A DNA stretch of 47,942 nucleotides from Aquificaceae bacterium (GCA_046294875.1 JBKBNZ010000001.1:1-47942), one strand, 5' to 3'; shown: positions 9,824 to 19,606, numbered from the stretch's first letter. Notes: a model not told the origin generated them from the letters alone. Numbers and translations: made by a program.

Positions 9824-10375
9824 ATGAGGCTTTTATCCTTGGATACATCCTTTTCCTTTATAAACCTTAGCCTTATAGAGGATGGTAGAGTAGTCTTACA
9901 CTACTACGAGGATTCAAACAAAAAGACCCTTGAGCATATACCCACCTTATTAACAAGGCTAAACCTAAGGGCTGAGGATATGGACGCCTTTGCCGTGTCT
10001 TTGGGCGTGGGCTATTTGACCTCTTTGAGAATAGGTACAACCTTTATGAAAACCTTGGCGTATATGACCCAAAAGCCCATAGTAGGCTATGAGAACCTTT
10101 ATATAATGTGCCAGTTTTTAAAACCTGCCAGAAGATGCGCTTTGAGGGTAAGCAGTAATATTTTCCTTAGGGACTGTCAGGAGGACAAGATAGATATATT
10201 AAAGGATATGGGGGGTTTGGAGGTTGTGGGATTGAGTTCGCAGGGCTTGGGAGATCTGGAGTTTTTTCCCTTTTCCCTGTATGGTGGCCTGTGGGCTTAT
10301 AAAAAACTGAAAGAGGGATACAAGGGGGATAACCCCCTTACCTTGGAACCCCTATATCTAAAGCCTCCTGCTTGA
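9824..10375 (+). CDS. tsaB: tRNA t6A biosynthesis protein TsaB
   Basis: MRLLSLDTS, AVSLGVGYLTSLRIG (variant of GPGSFTGLRIG), C-terminal LEPLYLK. Start set at ATG 9824. Confidence 0.85.
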   Translation: MRLLSLDTSFSFINLSLIEDGRVVLHYYEDSNKKTLEHIPTLLTRLNLRAEDMDAFAVSLGVGYLTSLRIGTTFMKTLAYMTQKPIVGYENLYIMCQFLKPARRCALRVSSNIFLRDCQEDKIDILKDMGGLEVVGLSSQGLGDLEFFPFSLYGGLWAYKKLKEGYKGDNPLTLEPLYLKPPA

Positions 10376-11479
10376 AAGGGAGTATAGGAAAAGGCCAAGG
10401 ATGGGAAATATAAGCATAAGTAGGGTGGAAAGTTTATAGTTGCCCCCTGTGGCATAAAGGAAAAAAGACCATGCAAAAAGCCCAAAGCTTGAAGCTATCC
10501 TTTCGCTAAGGGAGTAAAAGGAGAACCTAAGGGCTATATCACCCTTTGCAAACTTCTCTATGAGAAGAACTCTTGAGATAGTCCAAAGGTGGGACAGGGA
10601 AAAGCCCGCCAAAAGCCCAACCAATATTACCAAACCCTTTGGAACCATGTATAAAGACAGCAAAAGGGCACTCCAAAGGAAAAAACCAAAGGGAAAAAGT
10701 CTATCTGCGGACAGTTTGTCGGTTAGCTTGCCCCAAAGGATTCCACCAAAAACTCCACCAAAAGCAGAAAAACCTATAATCCTATAAACCTCCTCCTTGC
10801 CAAATCCATAAACATCCCTAAGGTAGATTCCCATCATGGCTATCAAAGTATGGGCAAGCTCCATAAGCAAAAGCATAGAAACAAGCACCAACAGAAAGCT
10901 TTTATCTTTTAAGACCTCTTTAAGGTTTACCTTTTGCCTCTCCAAAGGCTCGGTAAGAAAGATAAAAGAGGGTATACAAAAAAGGAAGAAAATAAGGGCA
11001 AGCCATAGAAAGGCATAGGGTAGGTTTAGCTTTGGTGCTAAAAGGATCAGGGCAAAGGCAGACCCCATATATCCAAAAGCCACACCAAAACCGGAGGCAA
11101 AACCCCTTTTATCAAAAGACCTTAAAAGGGAGTTGTAGAAGATAAGGGCTTGTTGGTGGAAGAGAGCAAGAATTAGGTAGAGGAAAAAGTTCAAGTCCAC
11201 CCTATCAAAGGTAAAAAAAAGGAAAAGACAAAGAAGTACCATTGAAAGGCTAAAAAAAACAAACAAGGGCTTTCTCAAAGCCTTTTGGTCTGCCACCTTG
11301 CTTATCTGCAAGGCAATTAGAAAGGAAAGCAAAAAGGTAAAGCCATAAAAAAAGGAATAGGTTTTCACTTCTATATGCTGGGTTATGTATAAGGGATAAA
11401 GGGTAGAAAAAAGGAGAGCGCCCAGTATGGTCTCCCCAGCATCGTACAGGGCAAAGGAAAAAAGCCTAAGCCTTTTCAC
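10358..11479 (-). CDS. MFS transporter (UMF1-like)
   Basis: About 12 hydrophobic segments. FALYDAG, FYNSLL, GFASGFGVAFGYMGS, GKLTDKL motifs. Confidence 0.85.
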   Translation of the reverse strand: MKRLRLFSFALYDAGETILGALLFSTLYPLYITQHIEVKTYSFFYGFTFLLSFLIALQISKVADQKALRKPLFVFFSLSMVLLCLFLFFTFDRVDLNFFLYLILALFHQQALIFYNSLLRSFDKRGFASGFGVAFGYMGSAFALILLAPKLNLPYAFLWLALIFFLFCIPSFIFLTEPLERQKVNLKEVLKDKSFLLVLVSMLLLMELAHTLIAMMGIYLRDVYGFGKEEVYRIIGFSAFGGVFGGILWGKLTDKLSADRLFPFGFFLWSALLLSLYMVPKGLVILVGLLAGFSLSHLWTISRVLLIEKFAKGDIALRFSFYSLSERIASSFGLFAWSFFLYATGGNYKLSTLLMLIFPILGLFLYSLSSRRL

Positions 11480-14400
11480 CTTGTGGTTCTACTTCACACA
11501 CATCGGATATGCCATAAGGGTCTCTTTTACATTGCTCTATGGGGATGACCTTTCTAAAGCCTTCTGAAAAGGATCGCCAGTTTTCAAGTATGTGTTTAGC
11601 CCATGGGCTCTGTGTATATTTAAAGTGCTTTTCTATCAACCTTTTTAGCTCCTCTTCTTCTTCCTCCCTTAGCCCCCTTACAATCACATACTCTGCGTTT
11701 ATCTTGCGGTCTATATCCCTATCAAGCACATAAGAATAGCCCCCCGTCATACCGGCTCCAAAGTTTACACCCACAGGACCAAGCACCACCACTATACCGC
11801 CCGTCATATATTCACAACAATGCATGCCTGTACCTTCTACGACTGCAATAGCTCCACTGTTTCTTACCGCAAACCTCTCTCCAGCCCTTCCCTTTACGTA
11901 CATTTCTCCACCCGTGGCACCGTAAAGACAAGTATTACCTACTACCACATGATTATGGTTATCCTCCAAGTCCTTAGGACTTATAACTATCCTACCACCA
12001 TACATACCCTTACCCACATAGTCGTTGGCGTCACCTATAAGAGTCAAAGACATGCCTTTGTGGTTAAAAGCTCCAAAGCTTTGTCCTGCGGTACCCCTAA
12101 AGACCAAGTTTATAGTATCCTCTGGTAAGCCTTCATCCCTATACCTTACCGCTATATGGTAGGCAAGTCTTGTAGGCACGCTTCTATCTATGTTTCTTAT
12201 TGTGTATTCTCCATAGAACCTTTCGCCCCTTTCTATGTATGGCAGAACATCTTCCTCCAACCTCTTTGCCAACTCACTCCTTCTTGGATTATCGTTCCTC
12301 TCTTGGAGACATCTTAAAGACATGCCCTTTGGATAGTCCTCTCTTAGGAACTCTTCAAGTTTTACCCTCTTTGAGCCCGGTAAGTGGTCGTAGGTTTTTA
12401 TCTCAATTAGATCCCTCCTACCTATAATCTCATCAAGAGACCTTACGCCCATCTCTGCCAATATTTCCCTTACCTCTTGCGCCACCGCTTTAAAGTAAGC
12501 CATCACGTTTTCCACTTTACCCTTGAACTTTTCCCTATACTTGGGGTCTTGGGTGGCAACGCCCGTAGGGCATTGATTTGTATGGCAAAGCCTTGCCATT
12601 ACACAACCTTCCGCTATCATAGCCGCTGTGCCAAAACCAAACTCTTCCGCTCCAAGGAGCGCTCCTATGATAACGTCTTTGCCTGTCCTCATACCACCAT
12701 CTACCCTTAGGCGCACCTTGTCCCTAAGGCCGTTTTCCATCAAGACCCTTTGAGTTTCCGAAAGGCCGATTTCCCAGTAGTTTCCTGCGTTCTTTATAGA
12801 AGAGTAGGGGCTTGCTCCCGTTCCACCCTCTGTACCACTTATTTGAACTATGTCCGCATAAGCCTTTGCCACACCTGCTGCCACTGTACCCACCCCCGTT
12901 TCTGCCACAAGCTTGACACACACCTTTGCCCGTGGGTTTGACTCTTTCAGGTCGTTTATAAGCTGGGCAAGGTCTTCTATGGAGTATATGTCGTGGTGGG
13001 GCGGTGGAGATATAAGGGTTATGCCCGGTTGGGAGTGTCTTAGCTTTGCTATATATTCATTTACCTTTTTACCGGGAAGTTGCCCGCCTTCGCCGGGCTT
13101 GGCACCTTGGGCTATCTTTATTTCAATATCCTTTGCGCTGGCAAGGTAGGTGGGCGTAACACCAAAGCGCCCGGAAGCAACCTGTTTTATCGCAGAGTTT
13201 TTAATCGTCCAGTATCTCTCTGGGTCTTCCCCGCCTTCTCCCGAGTTGCTCTTCATTCCAAGTCTGTTGCAAGCCTCCGCTATTACCTCGTGAGCTTCTG
13301 GTGAAAGGGCCCCCAAAGACATACCCCCTGTCACAAACCTTTGAAGTATCTTTTCTATAGGTTCTACCTCTTCAAGGGGCAGGGGCTTTTCTGCTTTTTT
13401 GTAGTCCAAAAGGTGTCTTATAAAGGTGGGGTGTTCCTGATTGGCTATTTTGGAAAATTCCTTGTAGTCTTTATAGTCTTTTGTTTCCAAAAACCTGTGT
13501 AGGGCTCTTATTACAAAGGGAGACCATGCGTGGTACTGTCCCCCCTTCCTAAACTTCATATCGCCACCATAATCAAGTTGTGGATTTTCTACCTCAAAGC
13601 CTGCATCGTGCCTTGCAAGTATGCTTTCTTGTATTTCAAAGATGCCATCTGCCTCAAGGGTGACTGGAGTGCCTGGGAAGTATTCTTCCACAAAGTCCTT
13701 GTTTAGACATACCGTATCAAAGATCCTTGCTCCCTGGTAGGAGTTTAGGGTAGATATGCCCATCTTAGACATGATCTTTAAAAGGCCATCTTCCAAAGCC
13801 TTCTTGTAGTTGAAAAGAGCCTTTTCATAAGGCACTTTAATTTCTCCCTTTTGGCATAGCTCGTAGATAAGCTCGTACATAAGGTAAGGATATATGGCGG
13901 AAGCACCATAGCCTATAAGGCAAGCCATATGATGTGTATCCCTAGCCTCTCCCGTTTCTACCACTAGGGATACCCTGTTGGCAAAACCTCTTTCAGAAAG
14001 CCATTTAAAAACCGCAGACACGGCCAAAAGGCTCGGTACGGCAAGTCTGTACTTGGATATATTCCTGTCGGAAAGCACTATTATGTTAGCTCCTTCTTTT
14101 ACCGCTTCCTCTACCCTTCTACAGACTATTTCCACTCCAAGCCTAAGGTCGCATATGCTTATGCCCTCGTACATGGCATCGTAAAGGATATCGGTTATCC
14201 TCCTTTCGCCAGCAAGGTCTTGAAGTTCCACCACACAATAGCTTCTTTCTTTTGGATAGGTCATAGGCACCCATGCCACTTTGAATTCCTTTTGATCCAT
14301 TAAAGCTTTAAACTGGTAGGGCAAAAGTATGGGGCTGTCTATTTGAAGCCTTTTGGCATGCCCTTCCTCTTCCTTCAAAAAGTTCCTTTTGTGTCCGAGG

Positions 14401-15965
14401 TTCATCTTCAAAGACATAACTGCCCTTTCTCTTATGGGGTCTATGGGCGGGTTTGTAACTTGGGCAAACCTTTGCTTGAAGTATCTAAAAAGAAGTACAG
14501 GCTTTTCGGAAAGGGGCGGTATGGGAGTATCGTCTCCCATAGAAAAGGTTATTTCCTTCCCTTCTTCTGCCATAGGAGCCAGCACATGCTTTATCTCTTC
14601 CTGAGTGTATCCAAAGGCTACCAACTTCCTGATTCTATCTTTGTCCTCTTCTGGTTTTGGTATGGTGTAGTCCTTTATTATTCTGTTTAGCCTCAAAAGG
14701 TGCTTTTCAAGCCACTCTCCATAAGGTTTTTGAGAGGAAAGCTCCTTTAGTATCTCATCGGTTTCTTTAATTTGACCCTTTGAAAGGTCTACTACCAAAG
14801 TATCACCCGGTCCAAGCCTACCCTTTTTGAGAACCCTCTTTTCTCCAAACTCTACCATACCCACCTCTGAACCAAGGACAAGGATGCCATCCTCCGTGAG
14901 TATATAGCGAGCTGGCCTTAGTCCATTTCTATCAAGGTGGGCCCCTATCTTCTTACCATCGGTAAAGGCTATACTTGCAGGACCATCCCACGGCTTCATA
15001 AGGAGAGATTGGTATTCAAAAAAGTCCTTAACCTCTTTGCTAAGCCAGGGCACACCCTCCCATGCGAAGGGAATAAGCATGTTTATGGCATGTTCTGGGC
15101 TATAGCCCACAAGGACAAGAAGCTCAAAAACCCTATCTAAAGAAGCAGAATCGCTCTCCTCGTAAGAAACAAGAGGCCTTATGAGCTTTATGTTTTCTCC
15201 AAAAAGCTCGTGCTGCAGTTCGTGTTCTATAGCCCTCATCCAATTTCTATTGCCCAGTATGGTGTTTATCTCTCCGTTGTGAGCTAAATATCTAAAGGGT
15301 TGGGCAAGCTTCCAGTTGGGAAAAGTGTTCGTAGAATACCTCTGATGGAAAAGACAAAAGGCAGACTCTATCCTTCCATCCTTAAGCTCGGGATAAAAAA
15401 CATCCAGCTGGGGAGCAACCAACATACCCTTATAAACCATCACCCTCGTAGAAAGGGAAGCCACATAAACCTTATCCTTTATCTTCCTATCGGTTTCTAT
15501 TCGCCTCCTAAGAAGATAGAGCTCTATATTCCTTCTTTCCTCTTCACAGTTTTTTGCGTCCAGAAGAAGATGGAAGATCTTAGGCATCACCTTAAGAGCA
15601 GACTCTCCAACTGCCTCTTTATTTATAGGTACTTCCCTCCATCCTACCAGAGCAAAACAAGACCTTTTAACATACTCCTCTATCTGCGGCCTTACATCCT
15701 CGTATAGAAAAAGGACACCAAGCGCCAAGTTGTCCAAAGAGGAGATATGAAAGCCCTCTCTTTCTATGTAATCTCCAAAGAATCTTTTGGGTATCTGTAT
15801 GAGTATGCCTGCACCATCACCCGTTTTACCATCGCCACCTACCGCACCCCTATGGGTAAGATTTTTAACAGCCTCTATACCCCATTGCACAATCTGATGG
15901 CTCTTTTGTCCTTTTATATTACATACAAAACCCACACCGCAGGAATCGTACTCCAAAAGCTCCAT
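11466..15965 (-). CDS. gltB: glutamate synthase large subunit (likely ferredoxin-dependent GltS type)
   Basis: CGVGF Ntn-amidotransferase start, HQRYSTNT, SNSGEGGE, QGAKPGEGGQLPG, 3Fe-4S motif CVMARLCHTNQC, GXGXG domain. Start ATG 15965 follows GAGG. Confidence 0.97.
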   Translation of the reverse strand: MELLEYDSCGVGFVCNIKGQKSHQIVQWGIEAVKNLTHRGAVGGDGKTGDGAGILIQIPKRFFGDYIEREGFHISSLDNLALGVLFLYEDVRPQIEEYVKRSCFALVGWREVPINKEAVGESALKVMPKIFHLLLDAKNCEEERRNIELYLLRRRIETDRKIKDKVYVASLSTRVMVYKGMLVAPQLDVFYPELKDGRIESAFCLFHQRYSTNTFPNWKLAQPFRYLAHNGEINTILGNRNWMRAIEHELQHELFGENIKLIRPLVSYEESDSASLDRVFELLVLVGYSPEHAINMLIPFAWEGVPWLSKEVKDFFEYQSLLMKPWDGPASIAFTDGKKIGAHLDRNGLRPARYILTEDGILVLGSEVGMVEFGEKRVLKKGRLGPGDTLVVDLSKGQIKETDEILKELSSQKPYGEWLEKHLLRLNRIIKDYTIPKPEEDKDRIRKLVAFGYTQEEIKHVLAPMAEEGKEITFSMGDDTPIPPLSEKPVLLFRYFKQRFAQVTNPPIDPIRERAVMSLKMNLGHKRNFLKEEEGHAKRLQIDSPILLPYQFKALMDQKEFKVAWVPMTYPKERSYCVVELQDLAGERRITDILYDAMYEGISICDLRLGVEIVCRRVEEAVKEGANIIVLSDRNISKYRLAVPSLLAVSAVFKWLSERGFANRVSLVVETGEARDTHHMACLIGYGASAIYPYLMYELIYELCQKGEIKVPYEKALFNYKKALEDGLLKIMSKMGISTLNSYQGARIFDTVCLNKDFVEEYFPGTPVTLEADGIFEIQESILARHDAGFEVENPQLDYGGDMKFRKGGQYHAWSPFVIRALHRFLETKDYKDYKEFSKIANQEHPTFIRHLLDYKKAEKPLPLEEVEPIEKILQRFVTGGMSLGALSPEAHEVIAEACNRLGMKSNSGEGGEDPERYWTIKNSAIKQVASGRFGVTPTYLASAKDIEIKIAQGAKPGEGGQLPGKKVNEYIAKLRHSQPGITLISPPPHHDIYSIEDLAQLINDLKESNPRAKVCVKLVAETGVGTVAAGVAKAYADIVQISGTEGGTGASPYSSIKNAGNYWEIGLSETQRVLMENGLRDKVRLRVDGGMRTGKDVIIGALLGAEEFGFGTAAMIAEGCVMARLCHTNQCPTGVATQDPKYREKFKGKVENVMAYFKAVAQEVREILAEMGVRSLDEIIGRRDLIEIKTYDHLPGSKRVKLEEFLREDYPKGMSLRCLQERNDNPRRSELAKRLEEDVLPYIERGERFYGEYTIRNIDRSVPTRLAYHIAVRYRDEGLPEDTINLVFRGTAGQSFGAFNHKGMSLTLIGDANDYVGKGMYGGRIVISPKDLEDNHNHVVVGNTCLYGATGGEMYVKGRAGERFAVRNSGAIAVVEGTGMHCCEYMTGGIVVVLGPVGVNFGAGMTGGYSYVLDRDIDRKINAEYVIVRGLREEEEEELKRLIEKHFKYTQSPWAKHILENWRSFSEGFRKVIPIEQCKRDPYGISDVCEVEPQGEKA

Positions 15966-16089
15966 CTTTTCACCTCTCAAAAAAGGTTAAATGGTCTAAT
16001 ATTTTAATATAGTATAAGGCACGCCTTATAGGTTAGAAAACCGTTACCTAAGGTTATTTCTTTGCTTAGTTGCATTGTTACTAAATCCT

Positions 16090-16151
16090 CTGGGTGAGAA
16101 ATTCTCTCGCAGGAGCGGTTCGAGAGTTGCCCGATTATAAGCCCTTAATTT
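16090..16151 (+). repeat. dispersed intergenic repeat, copy A (CTGGGTGAGAAATT family)
   Basis: 14-mer 16090-16103 is the exact reverse complement of 31765-31778. 11-mer 16141-16151 is the exact reverse complement of 25936-25946. Confidence 0.55.
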
Positions 16152-16202
16152 GAGTAATGCTATGCTATAATATTAGTATTAAATCTCAATAAGGAGTGAG
16201 CT

Positions 16203-16907
16203 ATGAAAAGGCTTTTCCTTTTGTTTTCCCTGTTTCCCTTTTCTCTCACCTTTGCTGGTAAAAAGGCTCTTTACTGGGACGATACGGAAACCTTAGGAAA
16301 AGGTAGATATCAAATAGAAAACTACTTTTTTTACACCAAAACTAAGGAAGATTCAAAGGGCAGCTATATCTTCAACTTCACCTATGGGCTAAAGCCAAAG
16401 GTTGATATAGCGGTGAACGTTCCCTTTGGGTATTTGAAAGCCTATGGAAACACCTACTCTGATATGGAGGATCCCTCCTTTGAGTTGAAGTATAAGTTTT
16501 ACGAGAGAAAGGATTTAAGCTTTGCTATAAAGCCCTTTATAAGCGTGCCCGTTAACAAAAACAGCAGGTTTAGTGAGGGTAATATAAGCTACGGATTAAC
16601 CCTTGTGTCTCAAGTGGATCACGATAAAATAACCTTCTATTCCAACTCCTCCTACATGGTTCATAAAAACAGACCCATTGGCGAAAGGGAGTTTTTTCAA
16701 TCCCTTTCTCTTGAGTACGCCATTACTAACGAGTTTAGCTTTATATCTTCTTTTTATTTAAGCGCCTACAAAAAGACGGAAAGGGGCGGAGTCTTTGGCA
16801 TAGGCTACAGTAAGGGAAAGGTGGAGGTGGGAGTTGGCGTGGGTAAAACCTTTACTTCAAAAAATAGGTATAACCTATACGGTGGCTTAACATACAGGTT
16901 TTTCTAA
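16203..16907 (+). CDS. outer-membrane beta-barrel protein (COG4313/SphA-like putative channel)
   Basis: Signal peptide, DDTETLGKG N-terminal motif, alternating aromatic beta strands, C-terminal YRFF. Confidence 0.8.
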   Translation: MKRLFLLFSLFPFSLTFAGKKALYWDDTETLGKGRYQIENYFFYTKTKEDSKGSYIFNFTYGLKPKVDIAVNVPFGYLKAYGNTYSDMEDPSFELKYKFYERKDLSFAIKPFISVPVNKNSRFSEGNISYGLTLVSQVDHDKITFYSNSSYMVHKNRPIGEREFFQSLSLEYAITNEFSFISSFYLSAYKKTERGGVFGIGYSKGKVEVGVGVGKTFTSKNRYNLYGGLTYRFF

Positions 16908-17440
16908 AAGCCACCCATGCCCCAAAGGCCTTTGTTGTTTTCTCTTGCGTATTTCTGGGCAGCTAAGAATCTGTCTTGATACTTAACATTAGGCGGTATA
17001 GTATACACCTGTGCGTAGCCTTCCTTTATTAAGACCTCGTTTAACATCCTTCCATCCGATAGCCACGCATAAGCTAAAAGCCTTCCATATTTATCCGTCC
17101 TTTGCACGTCAAACTCAAGATAGACCACTTCTTCCTTTGGCAAAAGCTTTTTGGTGAATTCTGCAGAAAGTTTTCCCATTTTTACTATTTCTTCAACAGA
17201 CTTCCCACTTTTTTCTGCATCTCTTCTTGCCTTTTCATTGGCCTTGCTCTCTGGCGTATCCACCCCTATAAGCCTAACCCTTACCTCTTCCCCGTTGTTA
17301 AGAGTACAGCGAAAGGTATCACCATCCACCACACGGACTACCTTACAAGGTACCCTATCCTCCACAGGCTCACTTTTTTGAGGCGAAACACCGCAGGACA
17401 ACAAAAAAGCCAGCAGAAAAAGTATAAAGCTTAACCTCAT
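16904..17440 (-). CDS. thermonuclease (SNase) family lipoprotein
   Basis: Lipobox LLSC. VVDGDT, VRLIGVDTPE, DKYGRLLAY, ARENNKGLW catalytic motifs intact. Confidence 0.95.
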   Translation of the reverse strand: MRLSFILFLLAFLLSCGVSPQKSEPVEDRVPCKVVRVVDGDTFRCTLNNGEEVRVRLIGVDTPESKANEKARRDAEKSGKSVEEIVKMGKLSAEFTKKLLPKEEVVYLEFDVQRTDKYGRLLAYAWLSDGRMLNEVLIKEGYAQVYTIPPNVKYQDRFLAAQKYARENNKGLWGMGGF

Positions 17441-17461
17441 GTGTTATATTTTAACATAGCC

Positions 17462-17974
17462 ATGGAAAGAAATCTTTGGGAAGAAGCCCTTGTGGAAGAG
17501 GTTATATATTTAATAGCCCATCTTGCCCATGCAGAACAGCATCTTATGGAGCTGGAGGGAGAAACAAAGCTTCAGGACCTTGTTATCTACATTGATGAAC
17601 TAAGGAATAGGAGAAAAAGCGTTGGTAATTTACTCTTTTCTATCCTTGAGATCTCGGCAGAAGGTGGTGGAGAGTTCAGAAGTAAGGTGGAAAGTCTTTG
17701 GTGTGTGTTAAAGCACCTTTCTATGGCCTTGGTACATTGCGATGAATCTGCAGAAAAGGTGATAAGGAGGATGGATTGTGCTTTGGCTAAAGGGGACGAA
17801 GAAATTGCAAAGAAGCTAAGCGAAAAGCTAAAAGATCTGTACGAACTTCGCCAATCTTTAAGAAATTCTATAAGAGAGCTTCTTTTTGACGTTTCAAAGA
17901 AGCTTGTAAAAGCACCAGCGGTTAGATGCAGAGAAGACCTGTGTATTTTGGAAGGAGAAAAGGATGGCCTATAA
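17462..17974 (+). CDS. hypothetical helical protein with duplicated H-L-x2-A-x2-H-x2-E motif
   Basis: Long ORF with normal codon usage overlapping the ubiD-family start. Start set at ATG 17462. Confidence 0.8.
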   Translation: MERNLWEEALVEEVIYLIAHLAHAEQHLMELEGETKLQDLVIYIDELRNRRKSVGNLLFSILEISAEGGGEFRSKVESLWCVLKHLSMALVHCDESAEKVIRRMDCALAKGDEEIAKKLSEKLKDLYELRQSLRNSIRELLFDVSKKLVKAPAVRCREDLCILEGEKDGL

Positions 17975-19418
17975 AGACCTTAGAGATTTTTTGAAAAAGC
18001 TTGAAAAGGAAGGAGAGCTTATAAGGATAAAGGAAGAGCTTTCTCCCATCCTTGAGATAACGGAGATAACCGACAGAGTATGCAAGATGCCCAAAGGTGG
18101 AAAGGCTTTACTTTTTGAGAAGGTAAAGGACTATTACTCTCCCGTTCTTACAAACCTTTTGGGCTCGGAAAGAAGAATAAAAGAAGCCCTTGGCTATGAA
18201 AACCTTGAAGATATAGGTTGGAAGCTTTATAAACTACTAAGGCCAGAGATTCCCCATACTTTTCTTGATAAGTTAAAAAGATTGCCCGAACTTAAAAAGC
18301 TAAACGATTCCCTCCCAAGGACTGTAAAGGATGGCCCTATAAGGGAGAACATAAAAAGGGAAAAGATAGATATCTTGGAATTTCCCATACTTCAATGTTG
18401 GCCAGAGGATGGAGGAAGGTACATAACTTTTGGGCAAACTATAACAAAAGACCCAGAAAGCGGCATAAGAAACGTGGGTCTTTACCGCATTCAAGTTTTA
18501 TCTCCCACAGAGCTTGCCCTCCACTGGCAAATACACAAAGATGGAAACCATCATTATTGGAAGGCAAAAAGGCTTGGCAAAAGGTTAGAAGTAGCCATAG
18601 CCATAGGTGGAGATCCTGTACTTTCTTATGTAGCCTCTGCACCTTTGCCACCGGAGGTAGACGAATACCTTTTTGCAGGGCTTATAAGGGAAGAGGGCGT
18701 GGAGCTTATAAAGGGCATAACCGTTGATTTGGAATATCCAGCCCATGCGGAGATAGTAATAGAGGGCTACGTAGACCCAGAAGAACCCTTGGTAGATGAA
18801 GGACCTTTTGGAGATCATACAGGCTTTTACACGCCCGTTGATAAGTATCCAAAGATGCATATAACCGCCATACTACACAGAAACAACCCCATATACCTTG
18901 TCACCATAGTAGGAAAGCCGCCCCAAGAGGACAAATACATAGGCTGGGCTACAGAAAGGATCTTTTTACCTCTTATCAAGTTTAACCTGCCAGAGGTGGT
19001 AGACTACCACTTGCCCGCAGAGGGCTGTTTCCATAACTTTTGCTTTGTTTCCATAAAGAAAAGGTACCCTGGACATGCCTTTAAGGTAGCTTATGCCCTG
19101 TTGGGCTTGGGATTGATGTCTTTAACTAAGCATGTGGTGGTCTTTGACCATGATATAGATGTCCATGACTTTGGACAGGTACTGTGGGCTTGGGGCAACA
19201 ACGTAGACCCTTCGAGGGATGTGCTTATTCTAAAAGGTCCTATAGATGTTTTAGACCACAGCACCAACGAGGTAGGCTTTGGTGGAAAGATGGTAATAGA
19301 CGCTACAAGCAAGTGGAAACAGGAGGGATATCTCAGAGAATGGCCAAAGGTCATAGAGATGTCAAAGGAGGTTAAAGAAAAAATTGACAAAATATGGGAG
19401 AAGCTGGGGATAAGGTAA
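17964..19418 (+). CDS. ubiD: UbiD-family decarboxylase (menaquinone/futalosine-pathway type)
   Basis: YKDLRDFLKKLE, RNVGLYR, EGPFGDHTGFY, GKPPQED, DVLDHS, GGKMVIDAT. Confidence 0.93.
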   Translation: MAYKDLRDFLKKLEKEGELIRIKEELSPILEITEITDRVCKMPKGGKALLFEKVKDYYSPVLTNLLGSERRIKEALGYENLEDIGWKLYKLLRPEIPHTFLDKLKRLPELKKLNDSLPRTVKDGPIRENIKREKIDILEFPILQCWPEDGGRYITFGQTITKDPESGIRNVGLYRIQVLSPTELALHWQIHKDGNHHYWKAKRLGKRLEVAIAIGGDPVLSYVASAPLPPEVDEYLFAGLIREEGVELIKGITVDLEYPAHAEIVIEGYVDPEEPLVDEGPFGDHTGFYTPVDKYPKMHITAILHRNNPIYLVTIVGKPPQEDKYIGWATERIFLPLIKFNLPEVVDYHLPAEGCFHNFCFVSIKKRYPGHAFKVAYALLGLGLMSLTKHVVVFDHDIDVHDFGQVLWAWGNNVDPSRDVLILKGPIDVLDHSTNEVGFGGKMVIDATSKWKQEGYLREWPKVIEMSKEVKEKIDKIWEKLGIR

Positions 19419-19606
19419 AGCCTTTTTTAAGGCAGAATTTTTACATACTGAGTTTATGTGGTTCATATAGGCTCGTTTCCATAGATAACATTAAGGATGA
19501 GCAAAGGAGATTCCAAGGGGAGCTAAAGCCTGCTTTGGTGCTAAAGGTATGGACGAGGCTTGAGGACAACGCTTTGCACGTAGCCTTTTGGTCTCAAAAG
19601 TGCCTC

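Noticed and set aside
16040-16160. Possible riboswitch (c-di-GMP, fluoride, glutamine) between gltB and the OMP gene
   Set aside because: No consensus match that I can verify. The OMP gene has its own extended -10 (TGCTATAAT) downstream, and the shared repeat motif explains the sequence better
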